A DNA stretch of 63,991 bases, counting the filler, from Stramenopiles sp. TOSAG23-2 (taxonomy: Eukaryota): NCBI GenBank assembly GCA_900128395.1. It is 3 parts of 3 records of this genome, joined end to end, with 100 filler letters (N's around TTAATTAATTAA, not from the genome) between each part and the next. Parts side by side here need not be neighbours in the genome. Positions count along the whole stretch, not along the records: positions 23,125 to 46,074 come from LT649498.1; 2 more parts are not named here. The stretch is one strand, 5' to 3'. The first letter of the stretch is position 1, and each line of letters starts with the position of its first letter. Made by a program: the position numbers and the translations under genes. The notes below the pieces were generated by a model. That model was given only the letters and a program-made list of their open reading frames with translations. It did not search any database and had not been told where the DNA came from. Below, in pieces: positions 30,568 through 42,900 of the stretch.

Positions 30568-31857
30568 ACCTACAATAAAATATAATAATAGAGTGAATAA
30601 ATCTTGACGTAAATACAATTATTATTTATTTTTATTAGGTTATATATATATATATATAACGATTACAATAGGATTGTTCCTGGACAATATAATAATTATA
30701 CAGTAAATGAAGAAGAAGAAGTATTAATATACATTCGTCAAATTATGTATTCAATTTGTTTTGTTTTTTATATCTACTTATAAATATATTTACTTGTATT
30801 AGATTTAGTAGATTTATTTCCTGATTCGCACATTCGATCGATCATCAAATTGCAACAACAATTCTCTTCTGCTTATGCTGTGGTAGAGCTAATTGTTCTA
30901 TCATACTTGTAGCAGGTCGTATGCTGTCTAATGGTATGTGCCTGCTACATCAAACGGGACTGAAGAAGCTATAAAAATCGTTATAAAGCGTTGAAACACA
31001 CATCACACATCGTAAAAAATACATACATATGCCGGGCATGTGCAGAATGTATAGTACAATCATTACAAATGACATCTCTCCCCTCCCTCTGGCAACGCCA
31101 ACAAAAAGCATAAATAGTGCCCATATATATATCAAATAAACATGTCATTTTATCAAAATGTTACAGCATCTACTTTATTAGATGGAAATTCATCGTTAGA
31201 TGTAGGAAATGTGCTAGTGATTTGTCTGTTTTGAGGGCCCAAGCAGCTGCTTTTGCAGCAGCTAGAGATCGTAGCAAACGAATACCATGTGAAGACGTAA
31301 TTGATGCACTGAACTACTTTTATATGCATGAGTGGAAGTGGTGGTGTTGAGAGAGTATATTTTAATATATACGTATCAATTTATTTACACTCTCTAAAAT
31401 ATATATATATAAAACATGATTAAATATATTTAATGATATATTGTTTTTGTTTTAAAAAACAAAAAGAGAAAAGGATTTATATAAATGGGTCGATGTAAAA
31501 ACAAAAATATATTAAATTTAATTATAAATCAACAAGTGTATAATAAATGTACGCGTATTTTAATTTTTATTCCCTACCCAATACAACAATTCCTACTCTC
31601 AAAAGAATACAGTGACTGAGCCAATATTAATATCTATCTCACAAAATGCGTCAATAATTCCTGTAACAAAAACTCCTGTTAACAGAAGATTACCGATGAG
31701 GTAAATAGATGTTAATCAACCTTCTGTTGATGAAAAATATGAAGAGGGCGGGGAATAAATTGTACCATTCATTGTAATCCTCGTGTATACGTATATATAT
31801 TTTTTCACAAAAAAAAATACATCTAGACTCCTCCGAAGTATTTTATATATTTCCCCC

Positions 31858-33771
31858 TCATCGCTTTCCTTCTACTAAATCTTTTAATATCTTTGCTTCT
31901 CTTTCATCAATTTCGTAATACTTTGTAGTTTCCTTTTGCAATTTACTTATATAGCGTTTACTCGTCTTTAACGCTGTTAAATATGCTATTCGTTCTGGGA
32001 CTCCAGATATTTTTAAAGATTCATAAATTTCAGCGGAATCATCTGCTTTTCCATACTTGGAAACAGTCTTCATGATCAAGTCATAAGTGCCTGAAGAAGG
32101 TTTTATGTTATCTTTCATCATAATTTTAAATACTTGCCCAGTACGTCTATGGTCACCAGCCATTGCACATGCAGAAAATGCAATGTGATATAAATTTCTA
32201 TTACCATGAACACCAATACGCATCATTTCTTCTAACATTAATAAACATCGCTTTGATTGCGGCGGCAATGAATTTTTACAAGCCATGAAAATATATTTAA
32301 AGGTTTTACATTCTGGTGGAACATGACAACCAACCATTGCAGCGTATATATAAAAAGCCTCTTGCCAAGCACCAGCATTTGCACATTGTAAAAGCATATC
32401 GTAAAAATACATGCGCAATTTTCCACGGTCATTACCTTCTCGAGACATTCTATTTGCAACCATTAAATCGTATTGCATTAAAGATTTTCTTTGATTCAAA
32501 CCACGCCAACCATTTGCTTGAAATGTACCTTCAAACTTGTCAATAATACCATGTTTTTGTAAATGTTTTCGAGCTTTTGCAATACTTTTCGTTATTTTAT
32601 TATGATTTGACATGAAATCATTTGATTTATCTCTTAAATTTTTATGTGCAGTTGTATTTTCTGCATGAATTCGATTTGCTTCTTTGACTAAATTTGACCG
32701 GACAGCTTCATACTTTTCATCGAATTTTGAACATATACGTATAGCTCGTGCAGTAAAATTATCTAATTTTTGGATACACTTTGTTTTCGATATTAAATTT
32801 ATATTTTTGCAAGTCTCACCTATATCTATTGACAATTTTGTTCCAAAATTATTTGGCAACGTATTTAAATGTGCTTTTAATACCATCAAAACTTTAACTG
32901 CTTTGCTACGCCATTGCAGTCTATCGTAATATCCATTTTGACGTATATGTTCCCTAACAGTCTCTAATTGAAATAACCATGTTGGCCGACCTTCCTTATA
33001 TATTTGCTCTGCAGCTCTTAAATCGATATTATTTTTATATTTAACAGAATTATAATTCGATTTTAATGTTTGTATATCGCGTTTATATTCAGTCGTTATA
33101 TGTTTGTGAAGTTTTGGTAGTTCAAATATGTCAAATTTTGATTGTTCAATTTCCTTGTTTGTTTGTATAGTTTTTTTACTTGTTTCTTCCAACGCTTTTA
33201 AATATTTATCCAATTCTTTCTCTGCATTTTTAACATTGTTAATTGTATCTTTTTTATCATTTTCCATTTTTTCCAATGAATATTGTTGTTTTATGTTTTC
33301 ATCAACTGATTTTGAAAGTTCGTTAGATCTTAAAAGAATTGCTTCGACAGCTTTCTTTCGTGCATGAGTATACAATGGCTCTGGTTTAGCTGGCGTATGC
33401 GATTCAATGGAACGTAAATGATGACTATCGCCTGCATCCATTAATTGTTGATTTTGATCTGCAAAGACCACTGATGATGAATTTAATACACCTAGATAAT
33501 CTTCATATTGCTCTTGTATACGCTTTTCAACAGCTCTACCAAAAATACCAGATTTACGAGAATGCTCATCTTCGTATGTCATTTTTTCACGTTGCTTTTT
33601 TATATACACTTCAAAATTTTGTGCTAATATCTTGTTTTTAGCACGTAGCTCCGTTTCTTCCTCCCATTGTTTTCTTTCTTTAATTGTCATATTGTCTGGA
33701 TCTTCCATTCTTTGTAGCCATATTGGCTTATTCATCATAGGATGAGTCGGTGTTGGTCTTCGTTTACTCAT
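31858..33771 (-). CDS. Coiled-coil protein with C-terminal PPR repeats
   Basis: About 35-aa PPR-like units (YDMLLQCANAGAWQEAFYIYAAMV; YHIAFSACAMAGDHRRTGQVFKIMM). Confidence 0.75.
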   Translation of the reverse strand: MSKRRPTPTHPMMNKPIWLQRMEDPDNMTIKERKQWEEETELRAKNKILAQNFEVYIKKQREKMTYEDEHSRKSGIFGRAVEKRIQEQYEDYLGVLNSSSVVFADQNQQLMDAGDSHHLRSIESHTPAKPEPLYTHARKKAVEAILLRSNELSKSVDENIKQQYSLEKMENDKKDTINNVKNAEKELDKYLKALEETSKKTIQTNKEIEQSKFDIFELPKLHKHITTEYKRDIQTLKSNYNSVKYKNNIDLRAAEQIYKEGRPTWLFQLETVREHIRQNGYYDRLQWRSKAVKVLMVLKAHLNTLPNNFGTKLSIDIGETCKNINLISKTKCIQKLDNFTARAIRICSKFDEKYEAVRSNLVKEANRIHAENTTAHKNLRDKSNDFMSNHNKITKSIAKARKHLQKHGIIDKFEGTFQANGWRGLNQRKSLMQYDLMVANRMSREGNDRGKLRMYFYDMLLQCANAGAWQEAFYIYAAMVGCHVPPECKTFKYIFMACKNSLPPQSKRCLLMLEEMMRIGVHGNRNLYHIAFSACAMAGDHRRTGQVFKIMMKDNIKPSSGTYDLIMKTVSKYGKADDSAEIYESLKISGVPERIAYLTALKTSKRYISKLQKETTKYYEIDEREAKILKDLVEGKR

Positions 33772-34417
33772 GTTACTTATTATATGTAAAGGAATGGAAG
33801 AATAAATGAAAGAAATTAAGTGGAACGAATTGAACTAGTATATACAAGTATTTATGACTGCATCGGCAGAGTAATGTAATTGTCGATGATTTTATATTAT
33901 TAATATTATATAACGGTTGTTGCAATATACTGTAAAGTTTTACACATCATGATGTACCAGGTGGTAAAGTGCTAAAGTAAAAAAAAGTAGTATTAATATT
34001 GCACTATTAATTAAAAAAAAATACGCTGTGTTGCACTGTTGCTGTGTTGCTGTGTTGCTGTTATATACTCGCCAAAAAAAGTGGATTGTTCTATTTAAGT
34101 ACATAATTAGTATTCTAAGTGAAATTACATTTTTTTTTAAAGATTTTTTCAAAATAAAGTTCAATAGTTAGAATAATGGTGCGATGTGTCAATCCTATAC
34201 TACTGTATTATAATACATACTTAGAAGATGATAGCCTGGATAGCCAGATAGCTCTAGCTGATATAGCAGCCTGGATCCTGGATAATAAATTCAAAATAGT
34301 AATCATTTATATCTATGTTACAGTTATAAAAACATAGTCGTGTGAGATAATAATAATAATAATACATTTAGCCACACAAACATTTATTCTCACAGATTAA
34401 AATCATCGTTGAATTAA

Positions 34418-35068
<651 letters not shown>

Positions 35069-35493
35069 AAAAGAAAAAGAAGAGCGAGATGATAAAAAAT
35101 ATTATATAAAAAATACGAGCAATTAATATCTAGTACATGTATATATATTTATTTATATATTCGTACGAGCTAGTTTCGCCGCGTATATACAAGAAAAGTA
35201 CGAATATTATACTTACCGAAGTCTAGTTGATATTATGATATGATATGATATCATACCATCTATTTACCTTCATTGGTATCATATTCTCTATTATGGGAAT
35301 ATCAACACACTAGTGTGAGATAGATTTATTTCAGGTTTTATTTAGTATTCTTTTGAAGAGTAGGAATTATCATGAGTATCATAAATTAAAAAATAAATTA
35401 TGCGTAAACTTAATTATAAAAAAGAATTACTTCTTTCGTATATTTTACACATGTGGGCATGTTCGTATTTTATACATCATACACACAATATTT

Positions 35494-38400
35494 TTATCGG
35501 TCCTTGAAAAATATACGACTTCCATTCAATGTCCATAGCAGCAATTTATAATCTAACAATGCACGCGAGACTCTCATTTCCTTTAACTGAAATTCACTAC
35601 GTCGCTCTTCATCTTTTCTAGAATTTGATACTTTTGCTAATTCCTGTTTCAACTCTCTTTCATCACGTCTATATTTTAAATCAACAGTATCAAACCAATG
35701 CAATGTATCAAAAGCAGCATCTTGCTGTAATATTGCTAATATATATGCCAATCCAACCATAAATCCATCATCACTAAAATATGCTACTTGCCTTGAACCT
35801 TCACGTAATGTTTTATCCATTTTATCTTTGGATATACGTAATGTTTCGATGAAGTTAATAGTTAAGGCAGGAATAATCATGTAAAAATTTTTCAAATATG
35901 CGTGTTCTTGCTTTAATAAGACATCTTGAAATGCACGTACTAACATTTGATTAAAATTTGTCCCTTCAGTGAAGTTTTTTAATAATTCAGAGATGACAAT
36001 ATCTAAATTTTTACCTGCTTCCACTGCTTGCTCCGACATATTTGCGCCTTCAACACTTATCTTTTCCTCCATTGTATTCTCATTATTGGTATTATCTTCT
36101 TCATTACCATTACCTTTCGTCTCTGCTGTGTCACCACCATTATCAGCAGTACCACCTTTTCCCGCATGTTTTGCAAATGAGATGATGTGATCGACATCAG
36201 GGACAAATGTAATTGCATCAGAGCAGAATTGCATACCAGCAGAACGGACCATACGAACATACCCCAACGCATTTCCAATTTCTGTAATTAACTTTCTAAA
36301 TTGATCTAAAAAGCTCAAGCCACCATCAGTCACACCTAATTCTCTAATTTCCTTTGTAAAACTCATTGCACGTTCGTATGGGTATTGATAATTTAAATCG
36401 TTTTTATTTTTTTTATACCAACGCCTTTCTCTTGCTAAATATCCTTTAATATATTCATCAAATAGAAATTGTGTGAATATTTCAAATTTCTTCACTAGAA
36501 ATTGATACGTAAAATTTACCGTCGTATTTAACATACCAAGTCCATGCGTACGTATCGAGTTGGATATACTTTGGGTATTAATCGTATTTAAATGTTTTGC
36601 ACCACGTGTAGGTTTTCTTTCAAGGAAAAATTGACCATTCATATTGTAATTATATTTTTTCACAAAAATATGTATGTTACGCATAATTTGCAATACATCT
36701 AAACCTTGGTCTAATGTACCCATCGGTAGAAAACTGTCTCCGATATCCAATCCAAAATTTGATAACGCTAAATTTCGCATTTCCGCATATGTTTTGTAAT
36801 CATGCAACGCAATTACAGTCAATTCATAAAATTCTTTTTCTAAATATGCACAAACTTCTTCTTTCACATTGACTGTACTTGAAAACAATCTGATAGGTTT
36901 TGCTTGCAAATATTTGCACATAGCACGTAACTCTTCTTTAATTGGATTTGGCGCTTGCATATGATCCCAATTAGCTGCATGTACATGTAAACGTAAACTT
37001 TTTTCAATATTTCTACACAGTGGTAAAAGTACATTTTCATGAAATGAATTTTTTACAAAGTTTTTATATGCAATTAAATGTTGTGTCTCTTTACTATTTG
37101 TGGGCAATTCTTCATGTAGCAATATACGCAACAGTGGTATCGGATCACTAAATGCAGAGATGACGTATTGCAACCTACCGGCTTCCTCCCCGCCACTTTG
37201 TATAATTTTAGTTAAAAACGGACCAAGCAATTCCTTATTCCAATATAATGCTTGACAATTGCAAATTTTACTTATTTGTGATTGGAAATCGGATAGCAAT
37301 TCGATTTGCCTCAATGCATTCTCAACGTTTTGTACCATTTGCCCTTGTACACCTGCATTGTTCATCAAGACTACACGAACAGCATTGCTTATCACGATAA
37401 ACCGAGTATATGTCAATGATTCTGTACCTTTGAAAACATCTTCAATAATAGTAATTGCAGCTAATATATCCAAAACAGTAGCATCCATTTGTCTTTTCAC
37501 AGTTAATCGTTGTTTGATTGGTCTAAGAATTTTAACTAATGCACCAGCTAGTTGTCGCAACATGTGTGTCTTTGTCTGCGCAAAAACAATAGTTTTACGT
37601 AAAAATAAACCTTCAATAGCTTTCAAAAGCTCTGCACAACGGGATAAAGATCCTAAATAAGATCGATCCAATGGCAAATCCAATGCTAGATGTAAAGTTA
37701 AAAACTCTTCAAAATGATTTTTAACCCTGTAAGCTAACAACAAACCTTCAACAATAACCCATGCTTGCTTTGATAATGATAAAGGCAATGGTAAACCATC
37801 TTCTAAATCACCAATTTGTCTTGCATCATTTTCCATGTTTATTGCCCATACAGAAAATTCCGTATGGAGACGATCTGTTGTAGTATTAAAGCGTCTACGA
37901 CCTTTACGATCAGCATCTTTTAAATGATTTAAAAACTCTCGTCTATATGCTATAGGATCGCTTGGTTTTAACTTTTTATCATTAGTCGGTGCATGTTCCC
38001 GTAGGAAATCTGATGGAAACCACGCAACTTTGCCTGCTAATGTCACAACAGGCATTTTTAATTGAACTTTCCATAATTGCGCATAAAAATTCGGATCGGG
38101 CTGTACATTTTGTGGTACTAAACGTCTATATAAAACGTACATACCAAATATACCTACTAAACATTTACGATTATCTGTTTCATATTTATGGCCAACCGAA
38201 ACGCTATGATGTTGCAATCGTTGTGCAATTCCTTTGAAAAAATGTGATAAAAATATTTTATTATCACATACATTTACACGTGTGCTACCTTCACCATCTA
38301 ATGGAGGTTGTTCAAAATCTTGTTCGACGCAAAATTGAAACATAGCACCAGCTAATACGGTCTGATCTAAACTAACTAATAAACGTTCGAATTGCTTTAC

Positions 38401-39114
38401 TTTCTCTTCATCCATGCTATAACGTGATGGATCCGCACGAACATATTGCATCATTTTCTTATATGCCATCCATGAATTTGTAATTTCATCATTATTTAAA
38501 ACAAGCGCATCTAATGTGATTAAAATGCCTAATACTGTACCTAAACTCTCATACACTGGTAATAGTTGCACATTGCGAAATGTTGATAAATATATTGTTC
38601 GCCCATTCTGTTGCAAAGACGCAAGTTGATGTATAATATTCACAGTAACACTGTTCAAACGATCTACAAAATTTCCTAAATCTTGAAAAAAATGCAACGT
38701 ACGTCCCATTTGTAACTCTTCCTCTCCATCATAATAATCTCGCTCGTCATCAATTGCAGCTTCGCCAAACATCAATAATGGCCCGTAAAAAGAATCCTCT
38801 GCAGTTTGCTTTAGCTCTGCAACTTCATCGCATAAAAATGCAAATACAGTCATAACTTTATTAAAAATGTCATTGTCAGTTTGGATCAAATCTGGCACGT
38901 CTACACGTTCAGTTGGCTCTAATTGCAACATTGCCGGATCCATAGCTTGTTCCCATGGGACGTTACCAATATCCAATCGTATTGTTTCTTCAATTTCATC
39001 TAAACGTTGTTGATGTTCATGAATAAACTCCAATGATTTTGCTATTTGTTGCTCAACTGGTACTGCATTAAGTTGTTGGTCTTGACCAGCAAATGGTCCA
39101 AATTTATCCTCCAT
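35494..39114 (-). CDS. WASHC4: WASH complex subunit 4 (SWIP)
   Basis: TLDQGLDVLQIMRNIHIFV, NSIRTHGLGMLNTTVNFTYQFL, IGNALGYVRMVRSAG and FSDDGF. Confidence 0.93.
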   Translation of the reverse strand: MEDKFGPFAGQDQQLNAVPVEQQIAKSLEFIHEHQQRLDEIEETIRLDIGNVPWEQAMDPAMLQLEPTERVDVPDLIQTDNDIFNKVMTVFAFLCDEVAELKQTAEDSFYGPLLMFGEAAIDDERDYYDGEEELQMGRTLHFFQDLGNFVDRLNSVTVNIIHQLASLQQNGRTIYLSTFRNVQLLPVYESLGTVLGILITLDALVLNNDEITNSWMAYKKMMQYVRADPSRYSMDEEKVKQFERLLVSLDQTVLAGAMFQFCVEQDFEQPPLDGEGSTRVNVCDNKIFLSHFFKGIAQRLQHHSVSVGHKYETDNRKCLVGIFGMYVLYRRLVPQNVQPDPNFYAQLWKVQLKMPVVTLAGKVAWFPSDFLREHAPTNDKKLKPSDPIAYRREFLNHLKDADRKGRRRFNTTTDRLHTEFSVWAINMENDARQIGDLEDGLPLPLSLSKQAWVIVEGLLLAYRVKNHFEEFLTLHLALDLPLDRSYLGSLSRCAELLKAIEGLFLRKTIVFAQTKTHMLRQLAGALVKILRPIKQRLTVKRQMDATVLDILAAITIIEDVFKGTESLTYTRFIVISNAVRVVLMNNAGVQGQMVQNVENALRQIELLSDFQSQISKICNCQALYWNKELLGPFLTKIIQSGGEEAGRLQYVISAFSDPIPLLRILLHEELPTNSKETQHLIAYKNFVKNSFHENVLLPLCRNIEKSLRLHVHAANWDHMQAPNPIKEELRAMCKYLQAKPIRLFSSTVNVKEEVCAYLEKEFYELTVIALHDYKTYAEMRNLALSNFGLDIGDSFLPMGTLDQGLDVLQIMRNIHIFVKKYNYNMNGQFFLERKPTRGAKHLNTINTQSISNSIRTHGLGMLNTTVNFTYQFLVKKFEIFTQFLFDEYIKGYLARERRWYKKNKNDLNYQYPYERAMSFTKEIRELGVTDGGLSFLDQFRKLITEIGNALGYVRMVRSAGMQFCSDAITFVPDVDHIISFAKHAGKGGTADNGGDTAETKGNGNEEDNTNNENTMEEKISVEGANMSEQAVEAGKNLDIVISELLKNFTEGTNFNQMLVRAFQDVLLKQEHAYLKNFYMIIPALTINFIETLRISKDKMDKTLREGSRQVAYFSDDGFMVGLAYILAILQQDAAFDTLHWFDTVDLKYRRDERELKQELAKVSNSRKDEERRSEFQLKEMRVSRALLDYKLLLWTLNGSRIFFKDR

Positions 39115-39939
39115 TATGGTTTATTTAATTTGTTTCGTATAATTATATATAAATCTATAAATAATAATATAATATAATAACAATATATATATGTAATTAT
39201 TCTTAACACGAAAATGATTTATATATATAAATTACACAGTGTATATCAAATACTTTGTTATTTATTATAATTGTATATGTATATGGATATACATATGTAT
39301 CTTTGTATTTATTATTATTTTGGGATATATAAGTTGTAGTTTATTTTCCCCATTGTTATTAGTTTTATTATTCCATATATTATTGTTCATAAACCTTCAG
39401 CTTTATTCAATATTTTGATGAGATCACATTTTTCTTTTGAGGAGTAGTAGTCGTGTAGTCGTCAACCACAGTATATGATGGTAGACGACTATGCACGTAT
39501 GATGGTATTCTATCAACTACAAAATACGATTTTATTCAATATTGTTGTGCCCAATGCTCCATAATTATGTGACGGAAGCCGCCTGGAACCTGGAATTGGA
39601 ATGCTGGAATGCTGTGGTATAATGCACTACCTGGTAATTGAAGTAATATCACAATATCATGAAAATAAATTGAATAAATCCCTAAGCCGCCAGTTTAAGT
39701 TTGAGGTGCAATTTGGTAATGAAATTTACTCCTCAATACTATTCCCATAGTAATAATAATATATATATCTTTTTATTAAACATGGTATATGTTTTTTTGT
39801 ATATGGAGGTACAAAAGGAGATAGAAAGATATACATATACATATATATATAATATATATATGATTATAGAGTAAATATATAACATATTTTCTTCTCTCTC
39901 TCTCTCTCTCCTTCTCTCTCTCTGTATTATTTGCAGACC

Positions 39940-42900
39940 ATGTCAGGTAAAGCACCAACTAGTACGAAACATGTCTTGTTGACATCCAGTAGCAGATCAA
40001 ATAGTGATATAGAGTCTGGAACAACAAACAAAGCACAAGAAGAAGAACAGCAAGCAAGTTTACAGTCGAGTGGTTCAAACAAAAAGCCACCTCGCAAAAA
40101 ATCAATATTTGCAAGTGAACGCGAAAAATGCATACCACTACAAATTATTGGACAAGAATCATCGCCACCAAAAACGTTTGCACCAAATGTTATCGTCACT
40201 TCTAAATTCACTATCTTCAATTTGATCCCATTATTTCTACTAGAACAATTTAGTAGAGTTGCCAATGTTTACTTTCTTGTTGTTTCTATCCTTGAAATGA
40301 ATTGTTTTAACACCGATACTGAATTATTTGATATATCATTAACAAACGGTTCATCTAGCAATTTGCCCATTTTATGCATGGTTTTATTCATCGAGCTAAT
40401 CACCCAAGTGTTGGAAGATAGAAAGAAGCATATCGCAGATGCAACAGCAAACGCAAAGCCATCGCGATGGTTTAACCCAGCAACAAACAAGTTGGAAGAT
40501 GTTAAATGGAGGGATTTAAAAGTTGGTGATCTTATACAAGTGAAGCAAGGGGAAGAATTTCCATGCGATTTATTGTTACTATGTGGCAAAACAAAAAAAG
40601 GTGGTGGATGCCAACAAGCCTATGTTGAAACGAAAAGTTTAGATGGAGAGACAAATTTAAAATTGCGTTTATCACCTACTGAATTATATAATATATTTCA
40701 ACAAGATGGGAAGAAAATTGAAGAAGCTGGTGAAGAAGCACAATTTGAGCCAAGGACTGAAACATTGGAGAAAATCAAAGGGAGCTTTTTATCATGCGAT
40801 GATCCAAGGGATGACAACACATCTAAAAGTATACATACTTTTTTAGGCAATATGGATATTTCTAAGACTGGATTATCATCTGGTTTGGGTACTTTCCCTG
40901 TCAATGAGAAAAATGTTTTATTACGAGAATGTAGATTGAAAAATACGGAATACGTCTTTGGTTTAGTAATAAATACGGGACCTGATACGAAAGTAATGAA
41001 AAGTACTACCGAAAGCAAAGGTAAAGTAAGTGATTTAGATAGAACCTTGAATACTGTCTTAAAATTATTTCTTGGAATTATGGGAGTTTTATGTTTTATC
41101 GGTGCAATTATTGCAGTTGCACAAAATGACAGCCGAAATAAATTTTTAGCATATGTTGAAAAAAATAACGAATCCGAACAATCTGGAACAAAAGCTTTTT
41201 TCGAATCATTCTTTTTATATTTTATTGGTATTGCGCAAATGATCCCAATTGCACTTTATGTGCAATTGCGTTTGGCACGTATGATTCAAAGTGTTTTGAT
41301 CGAATGGGATGAAAATATGGTACATATTATCCCACCACAATTCAGTTTAAGTGGAAACGAAGAGAAAATTTTAACCAAAGTGCGGACGGCAGATTTAAAT
41401 GATGAATTAGGTCAAGTTGGTTTTATCTTCTCAGACAAGACTGGTACGCTTACGCAAAATATTATGGATTTTCGTAAAATGTCCGTAGCAGGCGTAAGAT
41501 ACGGAAAAGGTACTACGATGATAGGTATTGCTGCATTAGAAAAAGATGGAAAAATGGAAGAGGCAAAAGCGTTGAAAGCAGAGTTGATTGAGCAGGAAAA
41601 TCGCCCTGATAAAATTCCATATTGTTCATATTTCGATTCTTCTGAACGAAGTGCATATAAGGATATCGGGCCAAAAGCAACAAACAAAGTTCAAAAAGAA
41701 AAGATTGAAGAATTTTTCAGGGTCTTAGCATTATGCCACAATGTGGAAGTGGAACATCGTGGAACTGGTTTGTTTTATTCATCATCATCTCCAGATGAAC
41801 AAGCATTAGTTGCTGGGGCAAAACATTTTGGATTTTTATATGAAGATCAAAAACAAATGGTGGATCCAAATACTGGACGGAAAGGTGCGTTCAGACTTAT
41901 TCGACGCGCCCCACCAGTTGCATTTGATAAAATGCCTTTGGCAGAGGCATTAGGCAAAAAAACCCCTGTTGAAAGGTGGCAAATATTGGAAATCATGGAG
42001 TTTACCAGTAAACGTAAACGAATGAGCGTTGTTGTTGAATCGAAGGGTAAAATTAAAGTGTTAATCAAAGGTGCTGATAGTGTTGTTTTTAAACGTTTGA
42101 AAGCATCGGAAAGACAAACAAAATTGTTTACACAAACGAAACAAGATTTATTAGCCTTTGCCAACGATGGATTGCGTACATTAGCTGTTGCATATCGTGT
42201 TGTGCCACGAGCAGAGTTTATAAAATGGAAGAAGGAATTTGATAAGGTATTGAATGACGATGAACAGCAAGCATTAAAAAAGAAACAATTGCCAAATAAA
42301 ATCGACGATAAAATGGGTGAATTGGAAAGAGATTTAATTTTATTGGGCGCCACTGCAATTGAGGATAAGTTACAAGTTGGTGTTCCAGATACAATTGCTG
42401 ATATGGCAAAAGCAGGCATTAATTTATGGGTATTGACAGGTGATAAGGAGGAGACGGCAATTAATATAGGATTTGCATGCCAGCTTTTAAATACCGATAT
42501 GCCACGATGTATAATACGTGGTATGAAAGTAGATAGTAATGGAAGTAGGGTGAAGACGACTGAAGAAATTTTAATCGAATTGGAGCAGGCACTGGTAAAT
42601 TTGCAGACACGAACCCATAGAGGTGATCTAAGACAACAAGCATTAGTTATTGATGGTCAAGCACTGGAGATTGCGTTGGACGATTCGAATCCAGGAGAGC
42701 CAATTTATGAGGCATTGCTCAATTATTCTACCAAGTGCAAGGCCGTAATTGGATGCCGTGTTAGCCCAATGCAAAAATCGTTAATGGTAAAATTAGTCAA
42801 AGATAATTCACCAGGTGTAAAAACTTTATCGATTGGCGATGGTGCAAATGACGTCCCTATGATACAACAAGCACATATAGGTATAGGTATAGCGGGGCAG

